Shown one piece after another: positions 55,087-63,132 of a stretch of DNA of 64,000 nucleotides. Source of the DNA: Blastocladiella emersonii ATCC 22665 (Eukaryota > Fungi > Blastocladiomycota); NCBI GenBank assembly GCA_025594325.1, contig JANHCV010000003.1:2542001-2606000 (forward strand). Direction: 5' to 3'. The position numbers and the translations under genes are program-made. Within the stretch, counting starts at the first letter, position 1. Each line of letters begins with the position of its first letter. The notes under the pieces were generated by a model. The model was not told the origin of the DNA. It did no database searches and was given only the letters and a program-made list of their open reading frames with translations.

Positions 55087-57848
55087 ATGCCGCCATGGGT
55101 CCGCCTCCCAACCGCCGCCGCGCGCGACGCGGCAGCAATCCACGAGCACGACGCGGCGGCCCGCGGCGGTTCGGACGCGACGCTCGTGTTCAGCAGCGAT
55201 TCTGCCGCTGCTGCCCCCGGCCCTGCACCGCCACCGCCGCTAGCCAAGCGCACGCGCGTCCAGCGTGCCGCGCAGTGGGCCATCTTCGTGGTCCCGGCCG
55301 CCGTCGTCTGCCTCGCGATCGGTACGGGCGCGGCCCCTGCACCATGCGACGGGGCCCTTAGCCTAACAGCCGCGGCACGGTAGGGCTCGCCGTCTACACG
55401 CACCTTGAGATCCGCGCGACCGAGGTGCGCAATGTCGACCAGGTCTACACCTTCCGCTGCACGCAGCAGGCACAGCGGCTGCGCAACGACCTGCAGAGCC
55501 AGCTCGTCGACCCGAGCCTCTACTTTCGCACCTACGTCACCATGCTCGGCGCCGTGAACCAGTCCGCCGTGTCGAGTTTCGGGGATGAGGGCGGCATTTC
55601 GCCGTTCCTGCGCTTCGTCATCATGCAGCGCGTGCTCGACGCCGACCGTGCCGCGTGGGAGGCCGCCACGGGCACCGTCATCACCGTTCCCAACGCCATC
55701 AACACGTCGGGGGTCGGCAGCGCTGTCCGCCGCCCCGACAGCGCCGCAAGCGTGTACTGGCCCGTCCGCTACACGTGGCCGCGCAACGACACCATCGCCG
55801 GGATCGACGGCGCCTTCGGCTCGCGCGCTGTCGTGCTCAACCGCGCCATCGCGACCGGCGAGTACCAGATCTCGGACGTGGTCCCGCTCGTCGCACCGCG
55901 CGTCTTCGCGGCACCCGGCATTGTCCTGTTCACCCCGCCCGTCGACCGCGCCATCGACCGCACGACGTGGATCTCGTGGACCGGGTTCAACGTACGCTCT
56001 GGCTTGGTTTGGGATGTGCTCATGCGCCGCTCATCACGGCCCGACGCTGTAGATTGTCCCGTACCTCGAGTCCACCATGACCCCGACCGCGCGCTCCTCA
56101 CTGGTCCGCATGCGCGTCGCTATCAACGGCACCAGCGTGTACAGGAGCCCGGTCCCGCCCAACGACCCGCCCGACTTTGCCGCCTCGCACACGGAGCCCA
56201 TCCTCCTCGGCGGTCAGACCTTCACGCTCGAGTGCGCGCCGTCGACCGCGCTCCGCGCCATCTTCGCGTCTGGGTGGGCCGCTGGCGCGCCGATCCTCGT
56301 TGTGGTCGGCGGACTCGCACTCGCTGCGCTCGTGCACCAGATCCTCAAGCGGCTTCAGCGCCTGCGAGCGGTACGTTCGTGACGGTGGTATCGTTCGATC
56401 GGACACTGACGCGCGCAACGTGAGGGGTGTAGACCGAGTCGCTCATCGGGTCATGGAAGGGCTATACCGAGGCCATCATGCAGGCCACGCCCAACCCGAT
56501 GATCATGCTCGACGCGCGCGGCGACATCTCGGTACCGTATCCCAGCACGACGCCCACTCACCTCGCAGCGCGGCTCTGACCGGTGCATGTGTAGGGCGTC
56601 AACGAACCGCTTCTCGCCCTGACCGGCCACACGCCCGGATCCGTGAGCCAGATCCGCGACCTGCGCGAAATGCTCCGCGTCGCCGAGCCGCGCTCGCCGC
56701 CCGCCTCGCGGCTTTTCGTGCGCCGCGGGAGCACCGATCCAGCTGACGAGGGTGTCGATGTGAGCGACGCGTTCTTGGCTGCCCAGCGCCGGGCGCGGGC
56801 GGCGAATGATGACGAGACCGACGACGATTACGACGAGGACGACGATGACGGCGACGCGCAGACCCGCGCCCTGGTCACGCCCGGACGCCGCGAGGTGCAC
56901 GTCCTCCGGCCCGCGCCGGGCGCCGACCCGATCGACGCCATGGCAACCGTCTCGCACGCGACGGGCAACTCGGTCGTCAACCAGGTCATTGTGATCACGG
57001 ACCTGACCGAGCAGCGGCGGCGCGACCGACGGCTCGCGGAGCTCCTGCGCGAGACGGAGCTGCTGACGGCGCAGCAGCGGCACCTGCTCCTCTACCTCGC
57101 GCACGAGCTGCGCAACCCCGTGTACGTGATCCAGGGCAACGTCGCCGCGGCGAACGGTCAAGACGCGCCGCCCGTCGACCGCGAGGCCGTCATGACCGCC
57201 ACCGAGCACATGTGCGCGCTACTCGACGGCGTCGTCGAGTATATCGAGGTCGGCGCCGGGCTGCCGCGGTGCACCAACTCGGGCGCCGCCATCGACGCGG
57301 CCGTCACGGCGGGATCCGCGCCGCCCGTCGCGCCGCCGCCGCTGCCGAGCGACCCGCTCCGCAAGCGCATGCACGTCGACCTGGCGCACGCGCTCGCTCT
57401 GCCCCCAGGGGTCGCCGTCACGGGGCTCGACCCGATTCACATGACGGCGGCCGCGCTGCGCGCGCTGTCCAAGCTTGACGATCTGACGCGCTCGGTCCCT
57501 GGCTCCTACCTCTCGTCCATTGCCGTCACGCCCGCGACTCCCGCTACCGGCGACTGGCCGGGGCGGAGGCCGCCGCTTACCGTGACCGTGACCGCGACGC
57601 TTTCGATCGCGGTCCCCGACGACGCGCGCATCCAGTCCGTGACGGCGCAGCCATTCAACTGGACCATCTCGGGGCTCGGCGACGCGTTCCACCTGCTCGG
57701 GCTCCGGCTCGCGATCCTCATGCGGCTCGCGGCGCTCGCTAAGGGCGGCGTCGGGGTGCGCGCCGCACAACGCCAGGCCGTCGTTACGGTGCCCGCGTGG
57801 CCGTGCGCGGCGCCGTGTCCGCGGGCGGGGCCGGCGACAGAGGCGTGA
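55087..57848 (+). CDS. HK5: CHASE-PAS-HisKA-degenerate ATPase receptor without receiver (introns 55322-55383, 55992-56052, 56371-56432, 56532-56594)
   Basis: Four canonical introns restore a continuous frame closely similar to HK1 (FRCTQQA.RL..DLQ.QL.DP; WEAATG; GSWKGYTEAIMQATPNPM). The ORF ends at ...WPCAAPCPRAGPATEA*. Confidence 0.82.
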
Positions 57849-58199
57849 CGGTGACGCGCCCGAGGCGGAGGAGACACACATGTACATATAGGGACAGGAC
57901 ACGATACACCTGCACCTTCCTGCATCTCGCGCGCTTGTGCGTGCGGGCGAGAGTGGCGCAGCGCGTGCGCGCAAGCTCGCGCGTGACCCGTTTGATGTTC
58001 TGCAAAGCCACGGCATGTCTGTTTCCAGAACGGCTGCTTACGTCGAGTGGGCCGGCCAAGCCCCGTCCGCCGTCCTGCGCGAAACGAGGTCGCGGCCGCG
58101 TAGCCGGACCGCGGCCAGCGTCCATCGCGAGGCCGACCCTGCCCGCGCTCTCTCCGACCTTGATCAACACACACACGTATTGCACATGTAACCCTGCTG

Positions 58200-59888
58200 A
58201 TGGCGGCACCAGCACCCTCATCATCACCCACCTCCGCACCGCTCCTCGCGAGCGCCGACGACGGCGCGCCGCTCGCGGGCCTGTTCCCGGCGCAGCCCGA
58301 CGGCGGCGTCCCCGTCACGGCGCTGTGTCTCGCGACCGGATCGCCGGATACCGCCGTCGCGTGCCCGGCCGACCCGCGCTACGAGCGCCAGCTCGCAGAG
58401 TGCCAGCGCGCCAAGTGCGCCGCCGCCTTCAGCAACATCAACGGCGCCGCGATCCCGACTGGTCAGCCGTTTGCGCTGCAGCGGTTCCTTGAAGGTACTT
58501 CGCGCTCTCGCTTGCCTCGGCGATGCGTCGTGTCTGACCCAAACGCGCGTGCTGTAGCGGCGACAACGCTCGAAGAGTGCTCGCTGGAACGGTGCCGCGC
58601 CGAGTTCTGGGCTGCCTCGAGCACGCTGTGCGTCCCGCTCGACAACGACCCGCTCGCCAGCAAGCGCGCGTACCTGTCGCGGCTGCCCGATGGCGCCAAC
58701 GCGACCGTCTTCGGCCCGGCGTTCGGCCGCCACCTCGCCGCGCGCAAGGGGCTCGCGCACGCGCAGGCCGAGTTCCCGCAGTGGGCGCCCTCCAACGCGA
58801 CAACTGCCGAGTCTGGCACGGCCCCACCACCGAGCACCCTTGGCGTGTGCGCGCCGACGCTCCCGCTCGGCTGGCCGTGCTCGGCGCGCGCCGTCGAGGC
58901 CGTTGGCGTCCCGGTCGACCCGTGGAAGCTGCCGGACGCGGGCGAGTCGGCGCGCCCGCCCAAGGCGTTCCTCGCGACGCAGGTCATGGCCGAGAACCCG
59001 GCGTTCGCGGCGTCGGGCGCCGCGCGCACCGCCAACGCGTCGGACCCGGCGCCGCCGTTCCTCCTGCGCTCGCGCGCCGCGCCGAGCGACGGCGGCGAGG
59101 CGTCCAGCGCGCTGCTCATCTCGGCCAACCTGTACTCGCTCTCGTACTGCGACGCGGCGACCGCCACGCTCGTGCCGTCGCTCGGACTGCGCGAGACGTG
59201 CACGTCGTCGGCGCAGTGCCGGTTCGGGATCTGCAGCTACCGCGGGTCCGCCGGCGCGTGCGCGTCCGGGATCAAGACCATCGGGTCGACGTACCTCGGG
59301 AACAACGCGACCGTCGCAGCGCAGACCCAGCAGATGACGGCGGCCGGCGCCGCGCCCATGGGTGCGTGGATGATCGTGCAGCAGGTCCTCGCCTTTGTCC
59401 TCCTCCTCGCCCTCGTCGTTTACTCGGTCCGGCTCAACGCCGATCGGCTCGGACTCAGGCGCGGCACGATTCCGCGCCGACTCGCCCAGTTCTGGGTCGG
59501 CAAGGACCGCACCACGACGCAGCGAGAGATCACGCTCCGACCCGCGGATACCCGCATGCTCGACCCGATCCGCCGCAACGCCCTCGGCGGCGGGACCTCG
59601 GGCGACGCGCTCCCGCGGTACACGCCCGTCCCGCCCGGCGAGACGCCTGTCGTCGCCGCCCGCGTTATGTCCCCGCCCCCACCGCTGTTCACGAGCACCG
59701 CTAGTATCGCGTCGCCGGCAGCAGCACCCGCGGGACCGTCCCGGTTCCTCTCAAGCTTGCGAAGGGACACGACGGCCGAGATCGACCTGGCGACGGTGCG
59801 GCCCGCACAGGCCGACGCGAGTCTCGATGCGCCGCTGTCGCCTGGGCCGGGTCCCGCGGCGGGAGCAGAGGCAGGGCGGAGTCCCTGA
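58200..59888 (+). CDS. Cys-rich single-pass membrane protein (probable in-frame intron about 58495-58557)
   Basis: Multiple Cys clusters (e.g. CTSSAQCRFGICS...C), TM WMIVQQVLAFVLLLALVVYSV, cytoplasmic LPRY motif. The 5' end is uncertain. Confidence 0.6.
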   Translation: MAAPAPSSSPTSAPLLASADDGAPLAGLFPAQPDGGVPVTALCLATGSPDTAVACPADPRYERQLAECQRAKCAAAFSNINGAAIPTGQPFALQRFLEGTSRSRLPRRCVVSDPNARAVAATTLEECSLERCRAEFWAASSTLCVPLDNDPLASKRAYLSRLPDGANATVFGPAFGRHLAARKGLAHAQAEFPQWAPSNATTAESGTAPPPSTLGVCAPTLPLGWPCSARAVEAVGVPVDPWKLPDAGESARPPKAFLATQVMAENPAFAASGAARTANASDPAPPFLLRSRAAPSDGGEASSALLISANLYSLSYCDAATATLVPSLGLRETCTSSAQCRFGICSYRGSAGACASGIKTIGSTYLGNNATVAAQTQQMTAAGAAPMGAWMIVQQVLAFVLLLALVVYSVRLNADRLGLRRGTIPRRLAQFWVGKDRTTTQREITLRPADTRMLDPIRRNALGGGTSGDALPRYTPVPPGETPVVAARVMSPPPPLFTSTASIASPAAAPAGPSRFLSSLRRDTTAEIDLATVRPAQADASLDAPLSPGPGPAAGAEAGRSP

Positions 59889-59947
59889 TGTGTTGTACAG
59901 CAGTTTTGTTACCCCATTGCACTCCATTGCAAAGCAACCATACCGAT

Positions 59948-61197
59948 TCAAAGGTCGCCAAACAGGTCGTCGATCTCGTCGCGCGGCGCGGACGGTTTCG
60001 CCTTGGACTTTTTGCTCTTCTTGTCGTCGGCCTTGGCGGGTTTGGACTTGGACTTGGCCGGGGTGGCTGTAGTGGAAGCGGACTTGGGCTTGGCCGGTGT
60101 TGGGGTAGTGGGCGCGGACTTGGTCTTGGCCGGGGTGGGGGTAGCTGACGACGACTTGGCCTTCTTGGCAGAGGGCGCGGCCGCGGGCGGCTGCTCAGCG
60201 ACGCGCTTCTTGGTCTTCGGCTTGGCGGCGGCGGCCGGTGGTGGTGCGGGCTCGCCAAAGAAGGACGGGATCTCGAGGGCTGCTGCCGGGGCGGAAGCTG
60301 CTGCTGCTGGTGGTGGTGGCGGGTTCGAGGCCTCGTCGTCGTCGTCACTCTCAACGGCCGCCTTGACAGCGGGTCGTGGCGCGGTGGCACGAGCGGTGCG
60401 GGCAACGACCTGGTCGCCGAGCGTGTCGAGCGAGTCGAGCTCGCCATCCACGTCGCCGGCGGGGTCGGCGAGCAGCTGGGCGGCCGCAGCGGGATCGCGC
60501 TGGATGATCTCGAGGCCAGCGTCGCCCGATGCGTCCGTAGTCGGACTAGAGAGCGCGAATCCGTGAGTCCAGCGCTGTATCACCCACAAGGCCCATAAAC
60601 GCACAGTTCCATGGCCGCACGCGTGGCCTTGCTCGCGGTCAGCAATGGCGGCAGCCCCTCGATGGCCGCGGGCAGGGTAGGCCGTAGCCGCGCGTAGAGA
60701 GCCTCCATCTCCTTCTCAAAGTGCCCCGCGTACCGGTACACGCGGCTGACGAGGGCGACCATGATGGTGCAGAAGGCAATGTAGCGGTTGCACCCGATCT
60801 CGATGCACAGCATCTTGTACGCGGCCATGGCCGTGGTAGCAAGCGGGGCGACAAGCGCGTGCATCTTGGCCATCTCCTCGAGCAGCGTCTGGCACGCGGC
60901 GACCGACATGCCCTGCTCCTGCGCCGCAGCGGCCGCAAACGCGGCGTCAAGCTGGATGTGCTCCTTGACGCGGCGCAGCACGCGCACCACGGCGTGCAGC
61001 CGCTGCACGTGCGGCATGCGGCGCGTCGTGTAGTTGTACTTGTACAGCAGGCGCGCCAGCAGCCACAGCTCCTGGTGCAGCGGCACCGTGCTCAGCGACT
61101 TGGCGTGCGCCGCGAGCGCGCCGCGCGACACGGCCGTGATGCCGCCAGCTGCAGCGGAGGCCGTTGCGGCAGGTGAGGATCCATTGGATGACTTCAT
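59948..61197 (-). CDS. RNase MRP subunit RMP1/NEPRO-like protein with Lys/Ala/Pro-rich tail (intron 60604-60546)
   Basis: QELWLLARLLYKYNYTTRR...VVRVLRR and YIAFCTIMVALVSRVY resemble the RMP1/NEPRO N-terminal domain. The intron joins the two ORFs in frame (MEL-PTTDAS). Confidence 0.6.
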
Positions 61198-61449
61198 GAC
61201 TTGCGAGGTGGAGACCGTGGAAGCGCCGGCGGAGGTGCGAGACAAAAACCGAGCGATCGGCGTTGAGACATCTGTCACGCCGGCCCGCGTGACCTGTCGA
61301 GAGCGCGTTCCGTGACGCGTTTTCGCACGCGCGCGCGTGGGCCCACTCTGCAGGCCGCTTCTCCCACGGTCCCGCTCTCTCTGCCATCCGAGCGCCATCC
61401 CATGTAACGCCATCAAACTTGTTGCACACTTGCACACCCGCGCACCACC

Positions 61450-62689
61450 ATGGCCCAGCCAGCACCCGCGCCCGAACACTACGAGGACGAGTTTGACGCC
61501 GGGCTCCAGCACGCCCGCACCGCGTTCATGCACATGGTCCGTGCGAGGTGTTGCTTCAGCTCGGTTGAACCGCTGACGATGAAAGCGACGTAGCTCTCGG
61601 CCAAGGACCACGAGATCCTCGGGCTGCAGGAGGAGCTCGCGCGCAAGCACGCCGAGACCGAGGGTGCGCAAACTTCTACTATGCTTAGAGACGACTAAGC
61701 TGACTCTCTGTCCTTGTAGAGATGCGCCTACGCATCGCGCAGCTCGAGAACCAGGTCACGCAGTCGGACAAACGGATCGCCGAGATGGCCGCGGCCGTCC
61801 GCAAGCTGCACTCGTTCAAGCAGCAGGTGTTCGAGAGCTTCGTCGAGGAGGACTCGGTCATGACCGATCTCATGAAGAAGGCCGGCAACCTGAGCATCAT
61901 CGAGGTCCGCTTCTTCGCACCCCGATCCCACCAGGATCGTACTAACGTTCGAGCTCGTGTAGGGCGACCAAACGGCCGCATCCGACTCGACCTTTGCGCA
62001 CGACGCACCGTCCTTTGCCGTGTTCACTCCGAGCAGCGCGCCCGCAAGCCGGGTCGCCCGCCTGAGCGAGCCGCGCACCTCCATTGACCGAGCGCAGCGC
62101 CGCGCCATCTTTACCTCGCCCCGCTCTTCGGACCGCAAGGACCACTCGTCGCGCGGCCGCTCGACCTCGCCCACCTTCTCGCTCTCCCGCGTGTCGCCAA
62201 CACCAACCGCCTCTCGAGGACGTGCACCGACCGGTGGCTACCGTGCTCACGTCTCGACCCACTCGCCGCCTCGCTCGCCCGTCTCCCAGGACTCGTCCCG
62301 CCTCGGCTCGACATCGGACGCCGCAACACGAGGACCCAACGTCAACGCTACGCAGCCGCCTCCCAAGGTGGTCGTCAACGGCCGCAGCTTCTTCTCGCGC
62401 GCCAAGCAGCTGCTGCCCTACGACAAGGTATGCGTCCCACCTCCGATACGGCGATGACGGCCACTCACACGCCCCGCTTCGCTAGATGACGCGCGTCCTC
62501 GAGGTTGTCAAGGCCTACAACGCACGGCAGCAGTCGCGCCAGACCACCATGAGCGAGGCGCACGCTGTGTTCGGCATGTCGCACCCCGACCTGTTCCGCG
62601 AGTTTGAGCTCTTGTTCTCGGGCGAGAACGCCGTGTCCATCAAGGAGGACCACGGCACGGGCTCGGGCGCGACCGCGGTTCGGCGCTGA
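61450..62689 (+). CDS. At4g15545-like coiled-coil protein with PAH-like C-terminal domain (5 exons)
   Basis: Coiled coil ending AVRKLHSFKQQVFESF. Spliced C-terminus VNGRSFFSRAKQLLPYDK-MTRVLEVVKAYNARQQSRQTTMSEAHAVFGMSHPDLFREFELL parallels the plant family motif VDGKEFF...LSYEQF..FL..VK.LNA..QT....L..A..IFG..N.DL...FE.L. Confidence 0.7.
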
Positions 62690-62834
62690 TGGTCCTGCTG
62701 GGCTCTGGTCTCGAAAACTAAAAACTAAACTATTTATTTATGCGTTGCTGTGACTCGGTCGAAAACGCTCGCTGCGGGCGCACGTGAGGTATGCGAGACG
62801 CGCCGCGCCACTCCCACTCACGTCCGAAAGCGGC

Positions 62835-62876
62835 GACGCGTCTCGAAACGTCTCCCGCGACGCGTCTCCACGTCTC
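62835..62876. promoter_or_regulatory. Cluster of four (GACGCG/ACG)TCTC motifs upstream of the PBP receptor gene
   Basis: gacgcgtctc at 62835-62844 and 62859-62868; aacgtctc at 62847-62854; cacgtctc at 62869-62876. Confidence 0.4.
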
Positions 62877-63132
62877 TAGTTTTAGAGCCCGAGCCGGCGG
62901 TGGTCCAGGGCGGCCGCCCTCACTCAATGAAATGCACGTCGCGGGGCAACATCGAGTGCCGTTCCGTCGGAGCGCCCGCCGCGGCCCGCCGAGGCTGCTC
63001 CCGTCTCCTATCCTGCGAGCGGCGCTCGTGGAATGTGATCAGCGCAACAGCAGTATGATCGGACGACTGGGAGGAAGACCCGATGCACTGGCGACCTACG
63101 CTACTACCACTCCCAGCAACGACTCCTCCGCC

